Origin: Selaginella moellendorffii
Taxonomy: Eukaryota > Plantae > Lycopodiophyta
Direction: 5' to 3'
NCBI RefSeq assembly: GCF_000143415.4
Contig: NW_003314312.1
Coordinates: forward strand, 1-64,000
DNA length: 64,000 nt
Positions 49,739-61,678 of this stretch are shown here, in pieces. A program made the position numbers and the translations under genes. The notes under the pieces were generated by a model. That model made no database searches. It saw nothing but the letters and a program-made list of their open reading frames with translations, and was not told where the DNA came from. The first letter of the stretch is position 1; every line of letters starts with the position of its first letter.

Positions 49739-51290
49739 ATGTCGACGCACACTGCGACCCCCGATCCTGTTGTCTGTCGGCATTTTCAGCGTGGGAAGTA
49801 AGTACAAAGCTCCATCCTGATTGATTCGGCTTGATTTCTTGTCTTTCCAGTTGCCGCTTCGGTTTGCACTGCAAATTTCTACACCAGCAAGTCGCAGATC
49901 CAGTCTCTTCCCCTCTCCAATCCAATCACAATGTGAGTTCTTTGCTATGTCCTCTCTCTCTCAGGCATGAAACCTTTCAGGTGCACACATCGCAGACAAT
50001 GCTGACGCGCACTGCGACCTCGGGTCTTCGGATTCTGGTGAGCTCTTTTTTGAGATCTAGCTCCCCAGGCCTGAAAAAAAAAAAAATCTTACAGGAGACT
50101 ATCGCGAACACCGAGGGGCCATTGTCAACTGCGCCACGGGTCCGTGCTATGCCATCCAGCTCCAGCTCGGAGCAGCAGGGAAATGGAGATAAAGGCGTTT
50201 TGCAAGGTATTTGCTCTCGCTGATTCCTGTCTATTGTCTTGTGTGATATATGTAGATCGAGGTGTTTTCTTGTGATCCGTGAGTGGTCTTGTGATAGTTC
50301 GTGGATGGATGCCTGTCTTTACAGAGGGAGAGACGGAATCAGCGTCGCCTGCTCAGGCTGAGGAGACTGAGAAAAAATTTAGAGAGGACATTTTGCGATA
50401 CACCACTCTGTAAGTTTCGATCCTTTTTTCCTTTCTAGTTAAGTCTGTCTTTTCTTTCTTTTCTCACAGTTAAGTCCTCGCTTTTCTAGGTTGGAGAGGA
50501 AGACGCACAGGGGCGTTTCAGTTCCCTCTTGTTCCCTCGCTCTGCTGGTGGAGCACATTAAGCGCTGCAGCGATATAAGTCTTGCCTCCAAAAGCTGGCT
50601 ATATTCTATGATCGACAATATCCCAATCAAACCATGCTCAGCTTCCGAGCAAAGTGAATGCCATCTCAACGAAGAGGAGGCTTTACTGGTGAGGCTTTAC
50701 TGTTTGTGGTTTGGTTTCTAACTGTTTTGTGTGTGTGTGTGTGTGTGTGTGTTTCAGCACTATTCAAGGTTTACAGACGAGGCCTTGTCGATGCTTCCAA
50801 ATGAACAACACAAGGCGTTAGCAGACCTCCATATAAGTATCAACAAAGTGAAGAAGCCAACTGAAGTCTGCGTTGCCCCTGCCCTCGTCCAACCCCACCG
50901 TCGCCGTCCCCGGAAGGTGAAGAAGGTGAAGAAAGTCAAGGTCACCGAAGCAGAGGAAGAAGCCTACTTTTCCTGCGAGGAACTGTTCGAAGAAGATGCC
51001 ACAGTAAGTAACAATGCTTAAAATATAGAAATGGTTAACTTAACTGCTTTTTTGTAGCGTCTTGGACTGAGGCTGTTACACTTACAGCTAGTTGCCGAAT
51101 ACGTTACGTTTATGGCAGTCACTATGTACTCATATATCAAGTAAGTAACTTCTAAATGAATTTTATGATCTGATTTGGTCTTGTTTTTCTTTTTTTCGTT
51201 TTCAATTAGGCTCAAGACAGCGCGAGTAAATCCTCTCCTTGACAAGTTAGAGGCGATAAAGAAGGAGTTGAAAAAGGCTGTCCAGGATCT
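49739..51290 (+). CDS. CCCH zinc-finger protein, multi-exon; 3' structure uncertain
   Basis: Splicing out 49798-49850 gives MSTHTATPDPVVCRHFQRGN|CRFGLHCKFLH (C-x7-C-x5-C-x3-H). Further short exons, including a basic NLS-like RRRPRKVKKVKK. Confidence 0.6.
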
Positions 51291-51909
51291 GTAAGTCTAA
51301 ATTTTTTATCAAATCGATTTATAAATTTTGTGGATGCAAGCCTTGGTTTGATTTATTTTGAGAGTATTTATAAAAGGCAGTGAACGCCCTGATCTTCTTA
51401 AAGAAATCGTGCCACACGTCTGAAATTTCTGGAGCTCCTCCGTCTCTATCACATTGCGGGTCGGTAAGATCACTTTCTTTGTTTTTAGAGTGATCTCGCT
51501 TTGCAAACAGCCAAGACAAATTGGAATTTGCTTGTATTCTTCCAGGAGAGTTTTAACTACTGATTTGTGACTATCTACTGCCCAGCGAGACTGAAAAGGT
51601 AGAAAACAATGCTCGTTTCTTCCTCACCAACGCTCCTTGCTCTGCAGGCCCGCCGATTCCGAAACGTCGAAGATTTCTCCCAAAGGCGAGGAGCTGAGGA
51701 GTGCTTTGTTTTGGATTCTCGTGCAGGTCACATTCCTTTGCTCTTTTCTTGTGGCCAACTTATGTGGCTTTTCTCTTGCAGATGCTAAACCGGCGAGAGC
51801 GTCGCAGGAATCGTAAACTTCGAAGGATCTGTTGATGTTCGGATTTCCTCGCGAGCCTGCGTCTATGGCACTTGATGCTACCAAGGTACGTCGCACTCTC
51901 GTTATAGCA

Positions 51910-52950
51910 AGCAGTGATGGTGGATTTAAAGAAGGGGCTGCTGCGATGGGAGCTGATGAATATGAGCGATGATAGGATTCGTCATGGCCCGTATCTGTCA
52001 TACTAACTATTGCCCCGTTGGTGTTGCTAGCCAGGTATTGTCTTCTGAACGTGATATTTTGTTTCTTCTGATGAAGCTTTTCTGTACAATGCGTAGGGGG
52101 AAGAGTTGCGTGCTCGATTTCCCGGAGTACGTTGCTGAGTTGTCTTTGATAATTGGTTGTATCTGGTCATCCTCTGATCACTTCTTATAAATAGGTGAGG
52201 GGCCTGCTCGCTCATCTTGGCTCTGAAAAGCTCAACGACGTCATTGGAAGAGTCTGTGGACGTATTGCAGGCTCCATTGCCAAAGCTTACGGCGGCCACA
52301 GGTTCTGGAACATAACGTCAGTGTGCTTTCGAACTATGTCTCACACTTTAGTTTTCTTATTGGCAGCTCAGGCCAATCCTTCGAGTGTCTCTTGACTCCT
52401 GGGATGAACATCAGGCTTATTGGAGAATCTAATGACTACGTTGGCAAGGTGATTTGCTGGCTATGACCTTTCTTTCCTCTTCTGCTTGCAACTATCATTA
52501 AAAAGAATGCTGTGTAGCAGGGAATGGCTGGCGGGGAGCTAGCTATTATTCCACCCGAGATGACCGGCTTCGTGCCTGAGGACGCCACGATAATACATGC
52601 CTCTACGGAGCTACTGGAAGCCAGTTCTGTGCACGCGGAAAGGCTGGTGAACGATTTGCCGTTCGAAACAGCAGCACGGAGGCTGTTGTCTCTTGAAGCA
52701 AATACGTCTTCCGTCTTTCGTGTTCTCTAATGTTTCAGTGTGGGCGCTGGTATGACCGGTGGCTGGCATATTTCCTGGACGAAGATGACACAGTCTCCCC
52801 AAAGGTTTTAAAAGGTAATGGATCCTCGTTTTTTTCCTCGTTTTTTCGTCTTGCTACGCAGGGCAAGTCTGGGAGCAGCAGAGCAATCCAAGGTCTCCAA
52901 AACTGGGACGCTTTTCTTCCGAAGTTCTGTTCCGCCCAGCGAGGAAGGCA
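51910..52950 (+). pseudogene. Ferredoxin-dependent glutamate synthase (GOGAT) C-terminal gene fragment
   Basis: DGGFK, AAAMGADEY, VMARICHTNYCPVGVASQ (3Fe-4S loop), [35 protein letters not shown]|[26 protein letters not shown]. Internal deletions and frameshifts; introns retained. Confidence 0.88.
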
Positions 52951-54174
52951 CGCGACAGAAGGAACGAAGTGGTATGTTTATCTCCATATCAGCTGAAGAT
53001 GATGCAGGTAGCTAGCGACTTGCCTTGCCGATGCATCTCTTATTGCTGATACTGCTCAATGCTTCAGTGCACACCATTTTGCATGCCTTGTTGGCTTATG
53101 GTACCAGGTAATTAATGTTGCGCAGTCTAGCTTTCTGCTCTTCTCTCATTCTGTGCAATTTGGCCTTTTGTTTTGTTTCCTTCTTTAGTCTAACAGAACT
53201 TGAATGTTGGTTTTCGTAATTCAGCTGGCTCGTGAATCTGGGCCAAAGGCTTGTCAGACGAAGGAGCAAAGGATAGTTTAGGAATGGCGGCGGTAATGTC
53301 TGAACATAAAACATTTGTTTGTTTTAACTCTCTTGTTCCCCAGCCGAAAATCACGAAAGGTGTCGAAGCTTCTCCACAAAGCAGTCCATGAGAGCGTATA
53401 CGCTGTATATCAAGTGCACCTGAGTTACCGACCTGTAAAAGCGTACAGGATGATTTTCTTCAACTTCTTAACTTGATTTGTAGGTTCTTCGGGATCTGAG
53501 CATTCCACTGTCAAGAATTGTGCCTCACTTATTTCTCACGATGGTGTTGCGAAGGCTAATGCAGAGGTGCATTCTATTGTTGTTTTATAACGGTGGAATC
53601 AATCAGCATGCCGGATTACGGAGGTTCCATGGACATTTGTAGGCAAAACCAGCCTGGTTTTATGACTGTTCAAAGGTGGGATGTTCAATGGAAAAAAAAA
53701 AAACACTTTTTTTCCAACCAGTCTCCTCGTGCTCGTAGCAGCTTGCAAGGTTTTAGAAGAGAATCCGCGACGTCTACAAGCATATCACATTTCCCTGGAG
53801 AAAAGCCCGCGTCGTTCCGAGCAAACACACTATGGTAGCTCGGACAGAACAATCCCTTTCTCTCTTAGCAGCAGTCTGGTTCAATCTCGTCCCTGCTGAG
53901 AAGGTCTCAGTTTTCACGTCAATTGCTTTTCGATCACCACACATGAGATCTTCAAGCTACGATCTTGGACTGGAGTGATTTACTTCACAAAAGGAGCACA
54001 TTGCGTACTCATGGTTCTTCAATGTCTTGCAGGTCAGCTTCTGGACTGCTTGCTCTCTTTCCGTCAGTCGTTGGAGAGAGTGAAGAAAGAAAAAGGAGAA
54101 TGGTCTTTAGGCTAACCCCTTTTAGGGCACCATCCCTTGCATAAAGATTGGGTTTTCCTTCGGGTCAGGGCAGA

Positions 54175-55296
54175 ATGGAGCGCCTAACGGAGGATCTCTT
54201 GCTCCAGATCTTTGCGGGCTTGGAGCTTGACGATCTGGGGAGGCTGCGGTGCGTGTGTAGATCCTGGCACAGCGCCATTGCTTCGCAGGGATTCGCCAAG
54301 CAATGGAAGAACAGGGACCAGGTCTGTTGTGTCTTGCGCACCAAGGACAGCATCCACAGAGAAGTGTGGTTCCCGGGCAGCGGCGCAAGAAGATCTACCG
54401 GATTGAATCCGGGGCCTCGTGGGTGTTTCTCCATTGGGGTTTCTTCTTCACACGGCCTGGTTTGCGGATTGCTACCAGAAGAGGGGCGCTACTGGAACAC
54501 GCCTGACACAGCATGGAAGTTTGTGGTAGGAAATCCATTGACAAACAAATGGAGGCGGCTGCCTCCAATCGATATCCCTTCTCGTCCGCTCTCCACCATG
54601 GAAAGGATCCATCTCCAGGCTGATCCGTCCAAAGGTTCCTACAAGCTGGCGATCACCTACAGTGAAGTTGGCAGTGACTACGAAGTGATCTACCAGGCGC
54701 GCCAGTATGATTCAGAGTCGCGGGTTTGGACCTCGGCAGTGCCCTTTATTGGCGAGCACGACGGCGCAAATACGAAGATCGACGGCTCCGTGCTGGGAAG
54801 CGCGGGGCTCCATTACCCTCCATACTTTCTCATGGCCTACAATCCAGATTCCATGGCCTGGTCTTGTCACAAGCACTTTGCGGGTGATCGCGATCCAACT
54901 CCCCTCAATGAATCTGTCTACAAGGAGTACAAGCTCCTTGACAGCACCGCCTTATCTGGAGTCTTGAGGTGGAGAGGCAGGAATTTCATGGTGACGCACT
55001 CGTTTAGCTGCGTGGTGCTCTGGGAGCTGGACACTGTGGCAGGAGAGTGGAAGGTTTTGTCAAGCAGGCGGTATAAGGAGCTGTATGGCACGAGGCCGTC
55101 GAGAAGGAACTCGGATATCCAGGCGCTGCTTGTTGGGAGCACAATAGTTTTCTCGGATCGCTACGGGACCCTGTACGTGTATGCGCCGTATGCGTACAAC
55201 CTCGAGGACTCAACTTGGCACTCGTCAGCTTCGAGTGCGGACACGGGCACTGCACTCAGCTGCGCATTCATACCCAGCTTTAACGTCGAGCCATAG
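54175..55296 (+). CDS. F-box protein with a C-terminal kelch/FBA-like region (intronless)
   Basis: MERLTEDLLLQIFAGLELDDLGRLRCVCRSWHS (F-box); SSSHGLVC; VVGNPLTNKWRRLPP. Confidence 0.9.
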   Translation: MERLTEDLLLQIFAGLELDDLGRLRCVCRSWHSAIASQGFAKQWKNRDQVCCVLRTKDSIHREVWFPGSGARRSTGLNPGPRGCFSIGVSSSHGLVCGLLPEEGRYWNTPDTAWKFVVGNPLTNKWRRLPPIDIPSRPLSTMERIHLQADPSKGSYKLAITYSEVGSDYEVIYQARQYDSESRVWTSAVPFIGEHDGANTKIDGSVLGSAGLHYPPYFLMAYNPDSMAWSCHKHFAGDRDPTPLNESVYKEYKLLDSTALSGVLRWRGRNFMVTHSFSCVVLWELDTVAGEWKVLSSRRYKELYGTRPSRRNSDIQALLVGSTIVFSDRYGTLYVYAPYAYNLEDSTWHSSASSADTGTALSCAFIPSFNVEP

Positions 55297-57043
55297 GAGA
55301 ATCTCGCGAGCATCTTGCGAGAGGTGAGTACTTAGTTTCATAGGAGCGGTACAGGAGCGGTCTAAAGGTGGGATTTTTCCTTGGGCTTTCTTCACTGTTT
55401 GCATAACTGGAGATTTGCAGTGAGGAACACGTGAAAAACTCTGCGATCCTGCCTGCGCCTGCGCGGAGGTAAGCTCGAAAAGCTAAGCAAGACCGCAGAG
55501 CTACGACTCTTACCACGCCAAGCTACGACTTGCACAGATTGGTAGCAATAGTGCCCTGACGGACAAAGGAGCGTCGGCTCCTCTGTCAACCGACGCTCAA
55601 GGTCTACAACATTCCACTGCAGAAAAAACATACTCAAGAAAGCAGAGCCGCTGCCGAAGAAACGCTGCGTGGGCGATTTCCTGCCGAGGGAAGAGCTCCC
55701 GGGAGAGAATCTGGATTGAATCGCTCCCGGGACAAAGTTATTGGCTGATCTTTCGTCTCACCACCGAAAATCATTATTTATGTAATGAGAACAGCGAATG
55801 TACCGTAGAATCTTTTGCTCGTTTGAAAATTTCTTGTGGTTTACTTCTATCGATTCTGCTGCTGCTCAGGTGAATCTCACGGGAGGCTACTACAGAGGTT
55901 GGCGTTCACGATCATACTGTAGCTCGGGTTGGCAGAGCTGGATAACGCTCGCGCAGCCATTCGCTGAGGGACCGACTACCTCCGCTCCGCCTTTGTCCCG
56001 CCAGCCACCCTCTGGTCATGGATGCCCACTTGCTGCCACGTCAATCCATCCAAGCCCGGCTGCTGTGGCCTGGAGAATTTGGAAAAACAGGGAAGAAGAA
56101 GATGGCCATCCCCTATGGCTAAATGGTTTGGTGAAGCTGGGAATGTATGGGCAACTGGCCTCAACAGTCGTCAAGGTCCATGAGCTCTGGCACAAGTCTC
56201 TCAGTGTTACGGGGTTAGAAATCTGGTGGTCGTAACAAAGAAACAAATTTTCAAGTGAGCACGGATGATGTCACACATGTTGTAGAGACAAGTGATTATG
56301 ACTAGGTTCACTAGGGTTTTGCGCAACCCACTCTATTCTCTTGGAGAAAGGTGGGGTTTAACTTTCAAATGAAAATTTCCCTTTAAACATAAAGGAGCTT
56401 AAAAGAAAAATACAAGAATAGTAAAAGAATCTTGGAAGAGAAAGAGGTGGAATTTAGGTGGCTGGATCTTGAGAAGTTAGCCCAAGAGAAAAAGATTGTC
56501 TACGAGAATCGAGAATCATCTCCAGCACATGAACAGCAAGTATGAAAACAACCAGTTCTTTGTTTCCATGGACCAGCAAGCTATGAAGAAGCTCTAACTG
56601 ACACATGCAAATGGAGATCAAAGGCTTAAGGATCTACTTGAGCAGGATCAGCAAATCCAAGAGTGCTGCTTGAAGGATCTTCAAGATTGTGGGCTGAGAA
56701 TCAGCAGCTTAAGGAGGACGTCCATAACCAAGAGAAGAAAATGGAGGCAGCTATAGCCAGGATGGAGGAAGAACACGAGGAAGCCGTCTATCCTAGAGAA
56801 AAAGATGGAAGAAATTCTACAAGGCAAGGATGTTGATTATGGGAGCCAAGGACGCCAAGCAAGGACTTTGCTTGGGAGAAGCTCAGCACTTTGAACATCA
56901 TCAAGCATTAGCTATTAAAGAGAGTTCACTCCAGATATTTTATAGTCGATTCTTAGAGATTCAGCAACTCCCCTGAGAGATTCCACCAAAGGAGCAGTAT
57001 TTACAAGAAACAACTATACATTTTTATTACCCCTTATTTGTAG

Positions 57044-57614
57044 CTAGTGCATTGGTGGAGAAAACACTGGTGGTTGAATGGGAAGGAAAGGGGGAGGCTC
57101 AAACAACGGCTGTGGTGGTGGCGGCGGCGGCGGCGATGGTGGTGGAAACATTGCCAGTGGAGGCGATGGCGGTGGTGGAAACCAGGCATGGAACGGTGAA
57201 GGTGGCGGCAGCGATGGTGGCGAAAGTGTAAAATGGGGTGGCGATGGCGGTGTGGCCGTTAAGTGCGATGGCGGTGGTGGTGGTGGCTCTGATGTTGGCG
57301 GCACCAATGGTGGCGGCGGACTGTGGTGCTGGTGGTGATTTTTCCTGTGACGCTTCTTCTTGTGATGGTTGCAACTCTGCTGCTCGTGATGAGAAGTAGT
57401 GACTATATTTTCGGTGGGCGCTGTAAGCTCATAGTCTACGAGTCCATGGCCGTGATGACATGGTGGTGGCGGAGGCGGTGGCGGCGGCGCTCGAGCAGAG
57501 ATTTCTGGCAAGAGATGATAGTGTAATGAGTTCCCAAAAGAAAATGAACTGCCTATTACCTTGAAATGTGTAGAACAAAACGAGGAGAGTCGCAAGAAGC
57601 ACTGGCGAAGCCAT
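57044..57614 (-). CDS. Secreted proline-rich / extensin-like protein (2 exons)
   Basis: Signal peptide MASPVLLATLLVLFYTFQ; phase-1 intron 57505-57559; then poly-Pro/SPPPP runs and a His/Lys-rich segment. Confidence 0.8.
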
Positions 57615-57942
57615 TCAGAGCCTTAGAATTCCGGATGTGCTGAATGAATGACGCAATCGCGGTTTCTTAAATACCAGATGGCGACTTTGTAACGTTCTTC
57701 GCGCGGTAGATTCCACACAAATGTTCCTCTCGGATCTCATGAACACTGGCTGGGTGTAACGCCTTCTGCGAAAAACAATGGAAGGAAACAAGGAAACGAA
57801 AATCACGATATGATTGATACATTTCTCTGCCAGTTTCATAAGAACCTGATGAAACTCCACAAGCTTAGATTAGCAGTCCAAAGGAAAGAAGGAAACAAAC
57901 TTGGCTTACCAACAGCACTGAAACTCTGAGAATTTCTCTCCT

Positions 57943-59112
57943 TCAGTACCTCTCCACGAGAAGAAAATCATCGTCCTTGAGCAGCCGGACTTCCGTGCAG
58001 CCAGGGAAATTCTCGCGTCCAATGCCCTCGACGATCTTCACGAACTCTTGCCTCTTCTCAACGTTGAGAGGAGCATACGGTAGCCGAAAGACCGGCCGGA
58101 TGAGCCCGAGCTGCGACAAGGCAGTGTTTAGTCCGATGGGATTCGGCTCCACGAACAGCCAGTTGATCAAAGGCATCAGCTTCTCGTTGCGCTCCTGGTT
58201 CTTCCCGGAGAACATGAGCTCGTGCATCAACTTGGGAACCAAGTTGCTCACCACCGAAATCACACCTCGAGCACCGAAGTCCCACCTCGAGTCATGGCAC
58301 TGATCGTCGTTTCCACTCCACACCGCAATCCCCTGCTCAGTGTAGTGCTTCACGCGTTCGTTTCCCATACACTCCTTGACACCCAGGAAGTTTGGACTGC
58401 TCGCTATCTTCTCGATCACCGACGGTGGAATGTCTTGGCCAGTTCTTCCGGGAACGTTATAGATCACAGTCGGACCCATAGCGAGCACGCTCTTGAAGTG
58501 GAGCAAAAGCCCATCCATGGACGTCTTCCCGTAGTAAGGATTGATGTGGAGCGCAGCATGCATGCCCGCCGCAAATCCCTGCTCGGTCGCGTGGATCGCC
58601 TCTCGAGTGGAGTTGCTGCCAGTGTTTCCAATCACTTTTATCTTGTCTCCAAAGCAATTCACCGTGTGGGCGATGAGCATGATGTGCTCGTCCCAGTTCA
58701 TGAGATGACCCTCTCCTGTGGTTCCCCCTACGATAAGTCCCTCCACACCGTGATCGACCTGGGTTCTTACCAGTGAATCGTAAGCTTCCAGATCAAACCT
58801 TCCATCTGGAAGATATGGAGTCTTGATAGCCGAGATGAGCCTCAGCTTCTTCATCTCTTCCACGGGCGTACTGCAAGAAAATATATCAGAGAAACGAATA
58901 TACAACCCAGAGATCTCTCGAAATTCTGGTTACCTGTTCTTGAGCTCGTTGCTACGCATCGGCAATGGTGTGGATTGCATGACAGCCGCCCTGATTTGGA
59001 GACAAGCTCTCCTAGATCCGCAGCGCGCGGCGGATCGCGGCGCTCTTCCCAGCGTGCCGCAGAGCGCAGAGCTCGCCAGCGCCCGGCATTCTTGCGTCCG
59101 GATCTCCGGCAT
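57943..59112 (-). CDS. DHDPS: 4-hydroxy-tetrahydrodipicolinate synthase (DHDPS), plastid-targeted; 2 exons
   Basis: Transit-like exon 59112-58934, intron 58871-58933. Motifs [48 protein letters not shown]. Confidence 0.95.
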
Positions 59113-59199
59113 TGCGATGGAAGCCTCCGCTCGCCCTCGCCCTATTCTTTTTAGGGTTCTTCCCAATGCGATGGATCGATACGCGATGAATCCAGGGGA

Positions 59200-61326
59200 A
59201 TGCGCGCTCCAGCTCCAAAATGTAAGATCTCCGCCGCGAAATGTCTCCTCCTGGATCGCAGCTGCTCGTTCGAGCGGCAGCAGAATCGACTGGATTCGCA
59301 GCGACCGGACGTCTTCCTCTTGCTGGCCGGATTGAAGGCCTGTGGCAGCACCAGAGATCTCGACAGCGGCAAAAGAATCCACAGCGATGCGATCGAAGCT
59401 GGATTCCACGCCACGAACTATGTGATGAACAGTCTTGTCCACATGTACGCCAAGTGTGAGAGCATGGAGCTCTCTCGCCAGATCTTTGACACGATGGATC
59501 ATCGTACAGTGGTTTCTTGGAATTCCTTGATCCTGGGATACGCGGCAAACGGCCAAGGTAGCACGGCGCTGGATCTTTTCCACAGCATGGAGCGAGAAGA
59601 TGGATCGAGCTCTCCGAATTCGCGGACTTTCGTGGCTGTTCTTACGGCTTGCTCGAGTTTGGCATCGAGAGAAGAGCCGAAAGTTATGGACGGGAAGTTT
59701 GTGAGACTGGGATCTCTGGAGAAAGGCCGGATGATCCACTCGCAAGCCAGGAAGAATGGCTGCGACTCGGACACTTTCGTCTCCAACAGCTTGATCGACA
59801 TGTACTCCAAGTGTGGAAGCGTGGTGGAAGCTCGACAGATCTTCGACGTGATGCTCCATCGCTCCATCGTCTCGTGGAACTCTATGATGCTGGGATACGT
59901 CGAGAATGGCGAGCCCGAGCAAGCTCTTGGACTGTTCTCTCGATTGGAGCGTCAAGGTGGCGGTGTTCTTCCGGACGCTCGGACTCTAGTCGCCGGCTTG
60001 ATGGCTTGCTCGAGCTTGGCCAAGCGAGCTGGCGACGACACACTCGAGAAGATCTTGGAAAAGGGGGTGGAGCTCCACTGGAGAGCCAAGCAGCTTGGTT
60101 ACGAGTCACAGCTCTTCGTCGCCAACACTCTGATCGACATGTACTCGAAGTGTGGGAGCCTGGAGAAGGCAAAGCTGGTCTTCGATTCCATGCCTGCTCG
60201 AGACGTCGTCTCCTGGAACACGCTACTGCTGGGATTCTCCGAGAGTGGCGACGATCAAAAGATGGTGCTCGAGCACTTCCAGCAAATGCAAGCCGAGAGG
60301 TTCGCTCCAAACTCTCGGACCTTCGTTGCCGTGATCGGTGCCTGCTCGGCTCTGGCAGCAGCGCAGTCGAAGAAGAAAGCTAGAGCTAGGGACGAAGAAG
60401 AAGCTTGGCTGGACAAGGGAGTGGCAATCCATGGCCAAGCAGTGATCGCTGGCTGCGACACAGACCTCTTCGTTGCGAGCTCCCTGGTGGACATGTACGC
60501 CAAGTGTGGCTCCATGGAGCTCGCTCGCAAAGTCTTCGACTCCATGCCTCGCCACGACACAGTCTCGTGGAACACACTCATCCTGGGATACGGTGACAAC
60601 GGCGAGAGCCACTCCGCTCTAGAATCCTTCGCTCGAATGCGGCGAGAAGGTACTTCCACTCCAGACAGTCTAACTTTCGTCTCGGCTCTCAATGCTTGCA
60701 GCAAGCTCTCGGCTATGGAGATGGGCAGAACGATCCACGCCGACGTCCACCGCTATGGCCAGGAAGCCGAAGTTCTCATCACGAACGCCCTGGTGGATTT
60801 CTACGGGAGCTGTGGATGCACCGCGCACGCCGCTAGAGTCTTCTACTCGGCTTTCACCACCGACTTGGTCACTTTCAGCTCGATCATCGCGTGTTACAGC
60901 CGGGGTGGGGACTGCCACCGAGTGTTTTCCAGCTTCCGCGAGATGATCGAGCAGAAGCTCCGGCCAGACGCCATGACTTTCTCGTCGATCCTCAGTGCCT
61001 GTAGCCACGCCGGTCTCGTCGAGCAGGGGGAGTACTACTTCGAGGCCATGAGCCGCGTGTACCAAGTCGCCCCCGACATGGATCACTACCACTGCTTGAT
61101 CGATCTTCTCGGGAGGGCCAACCGGATCGACGAGGCGCTCGAGCTCGCGAGAAAGATGCCTTTCCAGCCGAATTCCCTGACCTGGACGACGCTGCTGAGC
61201 GCCGCAACCAAGTGGAAGAACGAGAGCGTGGGGAAGGTAGCGTTTGACGCACTGGCCAGCTTTGGTGGCGAATCCTCCGCGACGTACTCTTTGCTGGCAA
61301 ATATTTTCACGTTTAACAAGAAGTAG
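59200..61326 (+). CDS. PLS-class PPR protein with a truncated E domain (organellar RNA-editing factor type)
   Basis: 708-aa intronless ORF with P-L-S triplets (NSLIDMYSKCGS...VSWNS...P...TFV), HYHCLIDLLGRA...MPFQPN..TWTTLLSA and TYSLLANIF; no DYW domain. Confidence 0.92.
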   Translation: MRAPAPKCKISAAKCLLLDRSCSFERQQNRLDSQRPDVFLLLAGLKACGSTRDLDSGKRIHSDAIEAGFHATNYVMNSLVHMYAKCESMELSRQIFDTMDHRTVVSWNSLILGYAANGQGSTALDLFHSMEREDGSSSPNSRTFVAVLTACSSLASREEPKVMDGKFVRLGSLEKGRMIHSQARKNGCDSDTFVSNSLIDMYSKCGSVVEARQIFDVMLHRSIVSWNSMMLGYVENGEPEQALGLFSRLERQGGGVLPDARTLVAGLMACSSLAKRAGDDTLEKILEKGVELHWRAKQLGYESQLFVANTLIDMYSKCGSLEKAKLVFDSMPARDVVSWNTLLLGFSESGDDQKMVLEHFQQMQAERFAPNSRTFVAVIGACSALAAAQSKKKARARDEEEAWLDKGVAIHGQAVIAGCDTDLFVASSLVDMYAKCGSMELARKVFDSMPRHDTVSWNTLILGYGDNGESHSALESFARMRREGTSTPDSLTFVSALNACSKLSAMEMGRTIHADVHRYGQEAEVLITNALVDFYGSCGCTAHAARVFYSAFTTDLVTFSSIIACYSRGGDCHRVFSSFREMIEQKLRPDAMTFSSILSACSHAGLVEQGEYYFEAMSRVYQVAPDMDHYHCLIDLLGRANRIDEALELARKMPFQPNSLTWTTLLSAATKWKNESVGKVAFDALASFGGESSATYSLLANIFTFNKK

Positions 61327-61678
61327 CAGCTCAAAATTAAATATACATTGTTTAGAAGAATAACAATTATAAGATAAAATGACTGGACTTATTTATTTAT
61401 TATTTATCAATATATTTTAAAATATTCTTGCTATAGTTCTACAGTAAGGCAATTGACAAAACTAATGAATCAAAAAGTTAATAAAAGCGGTTTAACATTA
61501 TTTCATATACATAATTTAGATTTTTTATAATACCAGTTGGCTAAAACCTAGATAGCTGTATTTAATTTTAGAAAATTAAAATAAAATGGTGGTATATTCC
61601 ATTTAACTAATTAAACATGACTTTTATAAAAGATTGACTTAATAAATATTTTAAAATAAATAATATAAATTTTTATTG

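Noticed and set aside
50729-50752. (GT)n microsatellite giving 'MCVCVCV'
   Set aside because: Ordinary intronic simple repeat.
55870-55900. VNLTGGYY resembling the GH9 endoglucanase motif DLTGGYYDAGD
   Set aside because: Only about 8 residues match and the DAGD catalytic part is absent; too short to call.
58930-59955. 341-aa minus-strand ORF and other antisense ORFs over the PPR, DHDPS and proline-rich genes
   Set aside because: Shadow ORFs of GC-rich coding sequence; only the last ~60 codons are DHDPS exon 1.
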